This document shows positions 28,950-42,334 of a DNA stretch of 64,000 nucleotides, one piece after another. Location of the stretch: assembly GCA_964016885.1 (NCBI GenBank), contig OZ024741.1, positions 338,954,001 through 339,018,000 of the forward strand, written 5' to 3'. This DNA comes from Eledone cirrhosa. Lineage: Eukaryota. Within the stretch, counting starts at the first letter, position 1; the number at the start of each line of letters is the position of its first letter. The notes below the pieces were generated by a model. It made no database searches and had not been told where the DNA came from. It worked only from the letters and a program-made list of their open reading frames with translations. Position numbers and translations under genes: made by a program.

Positions 28950-29419
28950 TATATATATACATATATGTATGTACGTGTGTGTGCCCAGTTATGAATATGT
29001 ATATATGTATATTTTCTATAGAAGTTCTCCAATTCTGATATTTTTCAACAATGCACAAAAGGCTTTAGTAACAAAAGGAACGAGGTTTTAGCCTGCCTAA
29101 TATTGCCTGACTCTTCCCGATGTGTGATGTTAACATGTATTGAACATATCTTGGGTGCAAGCCTCTAAGTGCTTAAGACAACATCACTAAACATAACAAC
29201 GACACATTCTCTCTCTCAGACACACACACATATATGTATATAAGCATATATATAAATGTATATATGTATCTATCTATCTATCTATCTATCTATCTCTCTC
29301 TCTCTATATATATATAGGTATATGTGTGTATATATAAATGTATATAACACACAACCATATATATATATATACATAATGTATATATATATATATGCAAATC
29401 TAAATCTAAATATATATGC

Positions 29420-29452
<33 letters not shown>

Positions 29453-30368
29453 CACATAGATATATGCATATATATACGCATAAATATATGCATATATATA
29501 TATAGATACATATTATATATATGTACATGTATATGTGTGTGTTATAACAAGAAGACAATAACAGCATAACAATAGGAACAACTATAACAATAACAACAAT
29601 AACAATATCAACAAGAAGATTAAGCAGCTAATCTGAAGATCACTCAGGGTTAAATAGTACTGGAGGGTAGATTGGAGTGAAGTGTGGCATGGAGTGCAGT
29701 GTGGTATGAGATGGAGTGTGGCATGAAGTTGGGAGTGGGGAGAATATGTTGTGTGTCTGAGTAATAGGTGAGTGGAAATGAGGGATAGATGGGTGGAGGG
29801 AGTGTGTGAAGGATTAAAGAAGGAAAAGGAGGAGGTGGAGAAGGGAAGAAGAAGATGGCGAGGGTGAGGAAGGGGAGGAGACGGAAGAGGAAGAGAGGAA
29901 GTTAAGAAGTAAGATTTGCCTGAGGTTTGTATTATAGAGAAAGATAAAGTTCTTAAATTTTTTTTACACACATACTTTTAAATATACATATATACACATA
30001 TATATACACACACATACATACATACACACATACACTCATAAATACTTACATACACACATACATAAATACATAAATACTTACATACACACATACATCATAC
30101 ATGCATACACACATAGATACATACATAAATACTTACATACACACATACATCATACATACATACACACATAGATACATACATAAATACTTACATACACACA
30201 TACATCATACATACATGCATTCATAGATCCATCCATAAATACAGATATATATATATAATATATAGGAACGAGTAGAACCCTGACGGCTGAGCTCAAGCCG
30301 TTTCGACGGCTAATTCTGGACGTTATGGTGCGTTATGGTCCACCTGGTTCCTTACCACATTTCCTTCG

Positions 30369-30406
<38 letters not shown>

Positions 30407-30437
30407 AAATGGGGAGAACGAATACTGCAGGTGGCAC

Positions 30438-30732
30438 ATGGATAACATGTTATAAAATGAGTCCCTCATCAGTGATTTGCCAACGATCATAGATATTTCA
30501 TTACATTAAAAATCATATACCTCACGTTGGTGCAATAATAACTAAATTAAGTTATATATATAGCTTTCCTCTTTGTTGTTTACTTGTCTCACTCGCTTTA
30601 CACGTTTTAATTGTCCTAATAACTTAATTTAGTTATTATTGCACCAACGTGAGGTATATGATTTTTAATGTAATGAAATATCTATGATCGTTGGCAAATC
30701 ACTGATGAGGGACTCATTTTATAACATGTTAT

Positions 30733-30736
<4 letters not shown>
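30438..30736. repeat. Inverted repeat with 118-bp arms and 63-bp spacer
   Basis: 30438-30555 is the reverse complement of 30619-30736. Confidence 0.95.
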
Positions 30737-30770
<34 letters not shown>

Positions 30771-31032
30771 CACGTTGCTCCAGTTTACTCAGCTGTAGAA
30801 ATGAGGTCCCTATCATTCCACTGCAAAGTGGTCGTGGAGGTGCCACGGCAAAAAAGCACCCAGCATTCACTGTAAATGAGGTTGGTGTTAGGAAGGGCAT
30901 CCAGCTGTAGAAATCAGTTCCCATCCCACCCTTGCAAGCAGGGAAAAAGCGGACGTAAAATGAAATGATGATGAAATGATATATATATACAATATATTAA
31001 CAAATGGAAACTATATTTATAAAACCATATTT

Positions 31033-31096
31033 ATTTCATTATACATATTTCAAGAGCCACCAAGGCAGATTATGGTGCGCTTTCATCAGATAAAAT
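31033..31096 (-). ncRNA. Type-I hammerhead ribozyme
   Basis: AUUUUAU CUGAUGA AAGCGCACCA...UGGUGGCUCUU GAAAU-AUGU-AUA AUGAAAU. Confidence 0.7.
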
Positions 31097-31523
31097 ATAA
31101 TATAGATTAGTTTTATAAATAAATATTGACATACCCTGAAAAATGCAACCTTCACGGTTGGAGTCTCCTGGATCATCATCATTTCATTTTACGTCCGCTT
31201 TTCCCTGCTTGCAAGGGTGGGACGGGAACTGATTCTGGCTTGATTTCTACAGCTGGATGCCCTTCCTAACACCAACCTCATTTACAGTGAGTGCTGGGTG
31301 CTTTTTTGCCGTGGCACCTCCACGACCACTTTACAGTGGAATGATAGGGACCCCAGTCCCTATCATCTCATTTCTACAGCTGAGTAAACTGGAGCAATGT
31401 GAAATAAATGTGAAATAAAGTGCCTTGCTCAAGGAAACAACACATCACCCAGTCTGGATATATATATATGTATATATATATATAAGCACACACACATGTA
31501 TATATAAATACACACACACACAC

Positions 31524-31568
<45 letters not shown>

Positions 31569-31570
<2 letters not shown>

Positions 31571-32176
31571 TGGCTGCCAACTCGTTTTCGAGTACGGCCA
31601 CTACTTTATATCCATGTAGGAGAACCCCTACCGATGCGTTGAACGAGTGTGACTTTTTATTCCAGCCAGCGACTTGAAAACTCTGGTACAAACACTACAC
31701 TTGTGACAATTATTGGCACATAGTGCTGGGCCCATGGTATCATGTGACGACAAGTGCAGAGAGATCTCCAGATATAAAGCAATGCCTGTGCCGTGAAGCT
31801 TTTATAGTGAGCAAAGGCACTGCACAAAGCCAGTCCCACTCTCTTAACCAAGATGATATTTACCAAAAAGAAGAACAAGTCAACATCATTGGATACCATC
31901 AGGGTTGCAGGTGTTATATCAGAGTTTTCCTTCTCCTAGAATTCTGCCTTGACAAAGGCTAAGGGGTCATCTCTCCCGGTGATTTTGGATGGCCATTGAC
32001 TCTTAAGAGCTCCTTTTCCCTTTGACAGATTTTGTTTTTAGTCCTGCAGGATGTCCAAAGTCACCCACCTCACCAAGAAACCTTGGTGGGGTTGCCAGTT
32101 TAGTCGCCAACGACCTGACCATGAGACAGGTTGTACTGGGATACATGTTACCAGTAGCACCAACTGGTGACCTGAC
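31569..32176 (-). mobile_element. Bipartite non-autonomous RTE derivative (5'UTR joined to 3' end)
   Basis: Minus strand has an RTE 5'UTR-type CTAGGAGAAGGAAAACTCTGA motif (recalled), then a CSVCTRVFKSLAGIKSH zinc-finger remnant and a CTCG-AAAA-CGAG stem-loop tail. An older copy lies at about 36003-36545 and a tail-only piece at about 49933-49966. Confidence 0.6.
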
Positions 32177-32582
32177 ATATATATATATACACACATACAT
32201 ACCCACATACATACATACTTTCATCCATCGATATATATGCATACATATATACATATTTATAGATTATTGTACATGCACACATACATGCAGGTATGTGTGT
32301 ATATATATCGATGCATATATACTGTAAGGTGTATATATAGTATATATACATCTTAAGATGTAGAACAATTGTTTTTACATCAGTTAGAATCTGGAACTCA
32401 CAACAATTCTACATTATTCCACAGCATGGAATTATTAAGAAAATATATACACCTACTCAGACAGATGTATATAATATACTGTATATGTTTATATTTACAA
32501 TTTATATACATCATATTTATGTATCCTTTCTATCTATAGATTTGTATCTCTTTCTTCTCTCTTCCATTGTTTCTCCCCTTCC

Positions 32583-32675
<93 letters not shown>

Positions 32676-32879
32676 ACTATGCGAGCAAGACAATCACTCT
32701 TGCCTCAAGTGGGACTACCCCCGTCCAAACCCATGCAAGCGTGGAACACGGACGTTAAACGCTGATGATGATGATGATGATGAATATGTATATATATGTG
32801 TATATATATATATATAATATGTATATATATGTATATATATATATACATATATATTATATATATATATAATATGCATATG

Positions 32880-32921
<42 letters not shown>

Positions 32922-32958
32922 CATATACATATATATATACATATAATATGCATATGTA

Positions 32959-33006
<48 letters not shown>

Positions 33007-33013
33007 CATATAC

Positions 33014-33100
<87 letters not shown>

Positions 33101-33250
33101 TATATACATATGTATGTATATATGAATGCATGTATATGCAAAGCAAATAAATGTTTATATGAATGTACATATATATATATTCTCATTCTTGATCCTAGAG
33201 GTTACTTTTATTACAATTTCCTGATTTTATGCTTGTTTGAATAGCATCCA

Positions 33251-33375
<125 letters not shown>

Positions 33376-35181
33376 TACACACACACATATATATATATTA
33401 TATAGATATTTATCATAAGAAGTGTGGCAAATCATAAGTTTGAAGTTTGAGTAGGTGATGTGTGCTAAGAGAAATATAGATTGGTTGTCATGGTGATGGA
33501 GTAATCCTAATAATATGGCAGTAGTGAATGTGTGGTGGGTTATGTCAGATTTAGATGTATATATACCTAAGTACATAATGCCACACAACACGATATAATG
33601 CCACACATCACTATACATCACAATACATCACAACAGAACATATCACTACACCTCACAACACACCACAATGTACTATGGATATGAGGGTATGAGTCAAGGC
33701 CACATTACCCCATGGCCATTTCCCTAGACTTTCAGGTATTTCACAATTTTCACTGACATTTCAATCTTTCACTCACTTTATAACAAGAATAAAAAATATA
33801 AAAACAACAAAAAAACAAAAAAAATTGACAAGTCCTTAGGTTTTTAGCTATTTCAAGGGTCACCTCAGCTACTTAAATTGTTCACCCCACTACAGGTTAA
33901 AAGATTAATGTTCCCTTAGGCATTCAGGTATTTTGGGCCTCATCTCTGGAACTTAAGGTTTTTCACCTCCTACAGCTTAAAAGATTAATGACCCCTTAGG
34001 CTTTCAGGTATTTTGGCACCCACCTCAGGTACTTCAATCTTTCACCCAACACCACAGCAAAAACCTTTCGTCCCTGCATGAGCCCCTAGTTTTCAGTCTA
34101 ATCAGCCGTATGAATAATGTGTTTGAAAACTAACCTGTGTTTTGAAGTTGTTATGATGGCGTGACACACCTGTTTTGTATATCTGTACGAAATGAAGGTA
34201 ACACCCAAGGTATTCACCCTGCACAATTGTGAACTACCAGCGAGAGACTACAACGAGACTGTACACACAGTTTCCATGACAGTTCACTTCAGTTCTTATT
34301 TATAGAGTTTTGCCTAGTCCACTTTTATTCAGGGTTTTTTTCCCCCACAACAGAAGTCAAAGCTGTTTAATAACTCCTATCTCTCAAATGCTTTAATCAC
34401 TCTGTTAATTTGCTGCATTATAAAACCAACAGGCAATGTTATAATAAATGAAATGTATAAACAACATCACATCTTGGTCCTAAAAATTCCAATCACATGG
34501 CATTGGTTAGACTGGAGTGATAGTAGAAGTTCTTTTTTTTTGCAACTACAAAATTTTAGGTTTAATCTTACTTGCCAAATATGGCATGCAGTATCTACAT
34601 GGTTGCATAGAAAATGACTTAACCACACCGTCATGTATAGTATGTATATGTATATATATCTTAACTTAACAAACATCATCATCATCATCATCATCATATT
34701 ACGTCCGCTTATCCCTGTATATATATTAATCACACAGCCATGTATATCATATGTGTATATATCTTAATCATACAGCCATGTATATATACTTATATATTTT
34801 ATTAACCACAGAGCTCTAACCCATGCTAGCGTGGAAGATTGACATTAAACGATGATGATGACAGAGCCATGTATCCACACAGTCATGTATATCATATATG
34901 TATTTATCTATTTGAATCACTGTGTGATGTAAGATGTGACTAAAAGGGTTGGTATCATGGAGGGCAACTGGCTGTGAAACATTGTCTCAAAACAACCCGT
35001 CCAAGCCCCACAATCATGGAAAAGTGGATTGGATGTAAAGACAATGATGATGAAGGGGAGAATGAGGGGGATGATAACGATGAGGATAATGATGATGATG
35101 AGAATAAGGAGAGGAAAGATGAGGGGGAAGGATAATGATGATAGTGATGACAATGACCATGATGATGATATATTCTAATGT

Positions 35182-35660
35182 TTAGCCCTTTTCTTAGTAA
35201 GCAACCCTGAAACTACCCCTGGTTTTATGGAACAAAAACAACCCTTTTTAAAAGGCTTCTATTTAAATTAAAACCTAATATAATATCATTTTACTTCTGC
35301 TATGTTATGTTATAATTACTATCTTAATAATTGTTTCTACTTTTGGCACAAGGCCAGCAATTATCCCAGTGTATTGCTGGTTCTTTATTCTATCGACCCC
35401 ATAAGGATGAAAGGCAAAGTTAACCTTGGCGGGATTTGAACTCAGACCATAAAGGGCCGTAACTCTATCTTAATAATGAAATAATTAAAAGGGCTGAAAC
35501 AGTTGCTTGAGCAGAGTTTCTTCTCTGAAGACTTTCTGCTGTCTAGCTCCCCTGAAAGTTTCTTAGCGCCATAAATAACTTAAGTTAATTTCACAAAATT
35601 CTTCAAAACTTAATTCTAATAGAGAGAATTTCATTATAAATATGGTAATGAAGGGGTTAA
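35182..35660 (+). mobile_element. piggyBac-like MITE with an inserted SINE
   Basis: Left end TTAG-CCCTTT...CCCCTGGTTTTATGG, right end ATATGGTAATGAAGGGG-TTAA; shares both ends with 54868-55417. Confidence 0.55.
35332..35464 (-). mobile_element. SINE family A, 5'-truncated, 13-bp TSD
   Basis: TSD CTATCTTAATAAT at 35319-35331 and 35465-35477. Confidence 0.88.
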
Positions 35661-36127
35661 AAATCTGAATAGGACATAAGACACACAGAATTTAAGAAAA
35701 CAGAAAACAGCTAATTGATGATTCTTAAAAGTTTATGGAACACCCTGGGGTTATTTCCCATATATGGCATCCTTTGATTGTTAACGCTTCCATTCCAGCA
35801 ACTTGGTTAGTTCTTTTTATTCTCTTTGATCACACAAAGTTAAAAAAATATACCTACTCTAATATATTCTTTGATCACTCTTTATTTCATTGGTATATTT
35901 AATCAATTTTTAATTCAGTTATACAGTTTATTGTATACATAAAGTGAATATAAGTGAGTATGTGTGTATGTGTGATTGTATGTAAATTACATACATATAT
36001 ATGATGGCTGCAACTTTATTTTGAGTAATGCCATCGCTTGATACTTAAGCATGAGCATCACGGATGTAGCTTTGTAGTCCTGCTGGGGACTTGCCTATGG
36101 CCAGCAATAGCATGCATCATAAATAAT

Positions 36128-36317
36128 TGTTTCTACTTTAGGCACAAGGCCAGCAATTACCCAGTGCATTACTGGTACTTTATTTTATCGACCCCGTAAG
36201 GATGAAAGGCAAAGTCAACCTCAGTGGGATTTGAACTCAGATCGTAAAGGGACGTAACTATGCTGGAAAGCATGGTGTCTGACCCTCTACCGATACTGCC
36301 AATCCACCGCCCAATCC
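36128..36317 (-). mobile_element. Full-length tRNA-derived SINE (family A) with 19-bp TSD
   Basis: A box TGGCAGTATCGG, B box GAGTTCAAATCC, central GACTTTGCCTTTCATCCTTACGGGGTCGATAAAAT; TSD AGCATGCATCATAAATAAT at 36109-36127 and 36318-36336. Confidence 0.92.
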
Positions 36318-36869
36318 AGCATGCATCATAAATAATGTCACATATCAAGCCATGTCTGTGCTTAAAGCTTTTTTAAGTGAGGAAAAGCTTTGCACAGGGC
36401 CAATTCCACTCTCTGAACATCGAATGCATTTGCCCAAAAAGAAGGACTAGTCTACATCATTGGATGCAAATGACTTCGCAAGTTTTATATCAGAGCGCCC
36501 TTCTCCTAGAGAGATGTCTTAAAGAAGACTAGGAGTCTCTCACCCACCACCCCCAAAAATATATACATATATACATATATATACATATATACATACATAT
36601 ATATATATTGGAAAATATGTGAAATCCTTGGTACAGTTAGGTATATTTGAAAAAAGGGAAAAGAATGACATCACTTGTAGTTCTAATTTTGCTTTGTAGA
36701 TCTACAGCTAGATCAACAACTAGATCCGAATCAGTTCAGATCTAGTTGTCGAAATGGCCGGAGCTCAGCCGTCGGGGTCCTGACTCTTTTCCTATTACCC
36801 ACTCTACTACCCTAAGTATCGAGTACTGTGGTGCGTTATGGTCCACCTGGTTCCTTACCACACCCTCTT

Positions 36870-36902
<33 letters not shown>

Positions 36903-37284
36903 CAAAGAAAGTGTGGTAAGGAACCACTTAGGGTAGTAGAATGGGTAATAGGAAAAGAGTGAGGACTGCGACAGCTGAGCACTAGCTGTTTCGACAGCTA
37001 GTTCCGAAACTAGCTCTTTTCCTATACAATACAATGGGAGGAAACATAATAGTACCACTGATGATGTCGCAGATGTGCGAAGAAAGAACTTTGATAGACT
37101 ATATATATATATATATTTATATCTGTATTTTTAACTGTTGGTCAATCAATGATAAACATTGATTGACAAATAAATTAACTATGGAGATATAAAAGATACA
37201 GAAGCGAAAACCAATCCAAACCAAACAGTAATTGCGTTATGTTGCTATTTCTGGCAATATTATAACAATATGACCCTCCTCAAG

Positions 37285-37320
<36 letters not shown>

Positions 37321-37403
37321 GGAGGTGAGTTTTATTGTAGTACAATAAAGCAATGCAGATATCGGATAAGAAGCACTCTACAGTTTGTAGGACTGGAGTA
37401 TGC

Positions 37404-37739
37404 ATAATATAAGATCAAAAGATGGTTAAAGGAGTTCCATGTATTTTATTATGCGCATTTCAAAAACAAACATCATCATGCAATAATATTTGTGTTTTCA
37501 TCAGATAAAACAGGAGAACATGATATGAAGGCTAAAAAACACTTGTGGATAGTGCAGTTTTAAATCAACATATGTTGATTTAAAACTGCACTATCCACAA
37601 GTGTTTTTTAGCCTTCATATCATGTTCTCCTGTTTTATCTGATGAAAACACAAATATTATTGCATGATGATGTTTGTTTTTGAAATGCGCATAATAAAAT
37701 ACATGGAACTCCTTTAACCATCTTTTGATCTTATATTAT
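37404..37739. repeat. 336-bp spacerless palindrome
   Basis: Centre CAACAT|ATGTTG at 37571/37572. Confidence 0.95.
37633..37699 (+). ncRNA. Type-I hammerhead ribozyme (mirror copy at 37444-37510, minus strand)
   Basis: UUUUAU CUGAUGA ..ACAAAUAUUAU...AUGAUGUUUGU.. GAAAU-GCGC-AUA AUAAAA; palindromic stem III AUGCGCAU. Confidence 0.75.
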
Positions 37740-37746
37740 ATATATA

Positions 37747-40626
37747 TCATCATCATCATCATCATCATCAACGTTTAACGTCCGTGTTCCACGCTTGCAT
37801 GGGTTTGGACGGGGGTAGTCCCACTTGAGGCAAGAGTGATTGTCTTGCTCGCATAGGACTGTCTGGCAGGTTTTCTACAGTTGGATGCCCTTCCTAACAC
37901 CAACCACATTTACAGTGTGGGTCTGGGAGGTTTTTACCGTGTTGCCTACACGGCCACATTACAGCGTGGACTGTGTGTTTTTTTGTCGTGACACCTACAC
38001 GATCTCATTTGTTTCGGCCTGGATGGCGCGGCACCAACATAACTTTACATAGAACGGGGTGGTGTGGATGGGGTGGGGGTGGTGGCGGGACGGGGTGTAG
38101 TTTGTTAGAGATGCCTACTGGCAAGGCGGGTCTTCTCTGTTACTGAGTACCGCCAAAGGTCACGGTCCAGTGACATTGTCTTGGAGAGGTGTAAGTGTGT
38201 GAGGTCGGAGTTTATCAGCTCATCCCATGTTTTTCTAGGTCTGCCTATTCCGTGGCTACCGTCTATCTTTATTGCCCTGCACTTTGTAATACAGCTATCG
38301 ACTTTCATGCGCATCACGTGTCCATACCAACGCAGCCTTCTCTCGAGTAAACAACATCTGATCCCTCTTATCTCTAATTTTTTCCTTAGTTCGTTTATGC
38401 TTTGCCGTTCACGTATATTACTGTTACACATCCAGCGGAGCATGCAAGCTTCGTTCCTCTCTAGTCTGCGTATATCCTCTGCACACAATGCCCAGGTCTC
38501 ACTACCATGCAACATTGCTGTTCGTATGCAGGCATCGTACAACCTGCCTTTCATTTTTAGGGAGAACCCTTTAGCAGCTAATAGTGGTATAAGCTCTCTG
38601 AACTTTTTCCAACCAGTTCTGACTCTAGCTACAGTACTTTCAGAGCACCCTCCCCCACTGCTGATTTTATCGCCCAGGTAACGGAAGCTGTCCACTATTT
38701 CTATAGAACCCTCTGCGCAATTGAAAGAGCTAGTATTTTGTGGGCACTTGCTGCTACTTATTGCACCAGAACACCGGCCACATGTAAAGTCTATGTTCTT
38801 AGTTAGCTTACCTGTGATCCCACTACATCTTTTATGCACCCATACTTTGCATTTAGGACATAAGATGGAGTTTCTACCTACGCCTTTCCTACATACCGAG
38901 CACGACCATTTCCCAGAAGGGACCGCCGCCTTGTTTTCTTTCCTACAAACTAGAACTTTGGTCTTAGCCAGGTTAATTTTAAGTCCTTTTGACTCTAGGC
39001 CGTGCTTCCATGTTTGGAATTTCTTCTCTAGCTCGGCCATTGATTCCGCTATGAGTGTCAGGTCGTCTGCGTATAGGAGTTCCCATGGGCAGCCTGTCTT
39101 GAACTCCTCTGTTATAGCCTGAAGGGCAATAATAAATAGTAGGGGGCTGAGAACAGAGCCCTGATGGACGCCAACTTTTACGCTAAACTCTTCACTATAT
39201 TCGTTGTTAATTCTAACCTTGCTGACTGTTTCTTTATACATGGCTTGTATAGCCCTCACAAGCCATTCGTCAACGCCTAGTTTTCTAAGAGCCCACCAGA
39301 TAATGGAGCGGGGGACTCTGTCGAAGGCTTTCTCCAGGTCGACAAAAGCTAAGTAGAGGGGTTTACCTTTAGCTAGGTACTTCTCCTGTAGTTGTCGTAC
39401 TATGAAAAGAGCGTCAGTGGTGCTTTTGCCTGACACAAACCCGAACTGCATTTCATCTAGATCAATTCTCTCTCTGATTAGTTGCGCTATTACTTTTTCC
39501 GTGACCTTCATGACCTGGTCGATTAATTTAATGCCTCTATAGTTACTCCTATCTAGGGCGTCTCCTTTACCCTTATAACAGTTAACGATGATGCTGCTAT
39601 GCCAGTCCTTCGGAACAACCCCATTCTGTACGACTTGGTTAACTATGCGGGTGACCATGGTGTGTCCCACCGTGCCAGATGCCTTCAGCATCTCAGCAAC
39701 TATTTCCGAAGGCCCAGCCGCCTTACCAGTCTTCATATCCTTGATTGCCTTACTTATTATACTCCCCTCGACTAACACTGCTGGTCCCTCTATCGGGTCG
39801 ATATGGGGGAGACTGTCTTTCTCCCATTTATTCTCCTCATTTAGTAGCCTTTCATAGTGACACTTCCAAGCTACCTTCTTATCAGTGTCGGTGATGGCAA
39901 GTATGCCATCATCGTTAAGTACACACTTCTCCCCGACAATATCACGGTTTTCCTTGACGCATTGCCTGGCAATCCTGAACACCTCACGTTTTTGGTCGTC
40001 GCGTTGTAGAACATGCTTGAACTTTCTTTCCTCAGCTTCCCTTCTTGCTAAGTACACTTCTCTCCTAGCTTCCCTCCTGGCCACTTGATAGTCTACTCTA
40101 CTTCCCCCATCCCGCCATACTTTCCAAGCCTGCTTTTTGGCCTTAATTGACCCCTCCACCCTATTGTTCCACCACCATGTTACTCTCCTCCTGCCTACAG
40201 GCCTGCTCCAGCCACAGACTTCGTCTGTCGCCAACAGCAGGTTTGCTTTCAGAAATTTCCACTGTCCCTCTATATTGTCCGATTCTAGATGCTCTTCCTT
40301 ACTGTCGAAAGCATCAAGTAATATGCTTTGAAATTTATTTCTGGCTGTGGGGTCCTTTAGTTTCCATATTTTCCTCCTGAGGATAGTCCTCTTCTGCTGT
40401 CGGGTACGTCTCGTCCTGACTGTGAGGTCGCTAATTATCAGTCTATGTTGGGAGGTGCATTCTTCATGGGGGAGGGATTTAGTGTTTACAACAGACACTC
40501 TGTCACGTCTTCTGGTAAGGATATAATCTACCTGGCTTGTGTGTTCCCCGGATCTATAGGTAATCAGGTGATTGTCACGTTTTTTGAAGTTAGTGTTACA
40601 GATAGTTAGGTTATTTGCATCACAGT
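37747..40626 (-). mobile_element. Young RTE-clade LINE (family 1), 5'-truncated, unbroken ORF from 40626 to 38105
   Basis: About 840 aa with no stop: APE C-terminus, all RT motifs, Cys/His finger, FRYLG, GRPRKTW. The first residues of the ORF-track protein come from flanking (TA)n. Confidence 0.96.
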
Positions 40627-41139
40627 ATATATGTATATACATATATAATTTGTTTGTTATCAAATTAAATTAATTCAACAGTTAAACACACATAGGAATA
40701 ATAGGGTTGTTACCAAAGAGCCAGAAGATTGACAAGTCGACCCTAAATATGACTAACACCTCTAGGAAAGCCATGTAAAATAAAAACTCAAAAAAAGATT
40801 ACATGTACCTCTTGACCAGGATTGAACCCAAGGCCAGGATATCCACTGTCTCTAGTACCTACCGCTAGGCCACAGAGACAACCAAGAAAATTTTATGAAA
40901 ATTCATACTTATAAACCTACTTTCAAAGTTTTCAAAACAAAGTGATGTCGTTCATGTCTTTCTTAATCTTATTGATCCTACTTAAGGTCGACTTCTAAAT
41001 CATTTGGGTGTTCCATAAACTACATCCTCATTTTGTTTCTCATCTATCTAGACTATATTTTAACCTGTAATCCTTGTTTAATTTCTGTTGCACCTCATTT
41101 CTCCCCCACTTTCTCTCTCTCTCTCTTCCTGTCTGTGAT

Positions 41140-42296
41140 ATTTGAATCTAGTGAGGGTAGGAATGGAGTTTAGTGAGGAATTCCAGATACAAGTAGGAGT
41201 ACATCAGGGTTCGGTCCTCATCCCACTCTTTCATTATAGTCCTCCAAGCCATAACAGAGGAGTTTAAGACTGGCTGTCCATAGGAACTTCTCTATGCTGA
41301 CGATCTGGTTCTTATAGCAGAATCAGTAGAGGAGCTAGAGAATAAATTCTGGCTATGGAAACAGTAGGTGGAATCAAGAGGCCTGAGAGTGAACATAGCT
41401 AAGACAAAAGTGTTGATGAGTAGAAAAGAGGACAAAACTCTAATTCTGTCAGAGAAATGGCCATGTTCGATATGCAGAAAAGGAACTGGCATAAATTCTA
41501 TAAAATGTACACAATGCAGATCCTGGGTGCACAAGAGCTGTAGCGGGATAGCAGGCAAACTAACAGGTAGGGAGAAATACGTATGCAGTAGATGTACGGG
41601 GAAATTTGACAGTAGAAGTCGCATTGATAGACACATTTTTCAAATACAGGTGGGTGCTATAGAAGTGGTTGATAGCTTCCGATACCTAGGTGATCAGATT
41701 AGCATGGGAGGGGGGGGGGGTTCCGAGGCCATAGTATCTAGAATAAGGACGGGTTGGAAGAAGTTTAGTGAGCTGCTTCTTCTGCTGATGAAGAAGGGTT
41801 TCTCCCTGTGTACGAAAGGCCGGTTATATGATGCCTGTGTGAGGTGCGGGATGCTGCATGGTAGTAAGACATGGGCAGCAACTGCAGAGGATATGCGACG
41901 GCTGGAGAGAAATGAGGCAAGCATGCTCCGTTGGATGTGCAATGTCAATGTGTGTGAACGACCGAGCATGGATGTGTTGAGAGAGAAACTGTGTCTGAGA
42001 AGGATAAATTGTTGTATGCTGGAGAGGAGACTGCGATGGTTTGGACATGTGATGCACATGGAGGATGACCGATGGGTGAAGAAGTGCCAAGAAATGCCAG
42101 TTGAAGGAAGATGTAGTAGAGGAAGACCACGAAAAACATGGGCGGAGGTGGTGAGAGCAGATCTCAGATTGCTGAAGCTTACGGTGGAGATGACGAAGGA
42201 CCGTGACAAGTGGAGAGATGCTGTGCTGAATAGGACCCGTCCCACCCTTGCAAGCAGGGAAAAGCGGACGTAAAATGATGATGATGATGATGATGA
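41140..42296 (+). mobile_element. RTE-clade LINE, family 2 (diverged), 3' part
   Basis: GVHQGSVL, LYADDL, WPCSICRKG, FRYLGDQ, GRPRKTW; ends CCCACCCTTGCAAGCAGGGAAAAGCGGACGTAAAA(TGA)n. Confidence 0.9.
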
Positions 42297-42334
42297 TTTG
42301 GGCTTACTTTATTCATATATATATGTTTTTGCGC

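Noticed and set aside
32361-32388. CUGAUG followed by AAACAAUUGUU on the minus strand
   Set aside because: Stem II and part of the core are missing; at best a dead relic.
38181-40380. Antisense ORFs over RTE copies
   Set aside because: Shadow frames of the RT ORF, repeated only because the copies are homologous.
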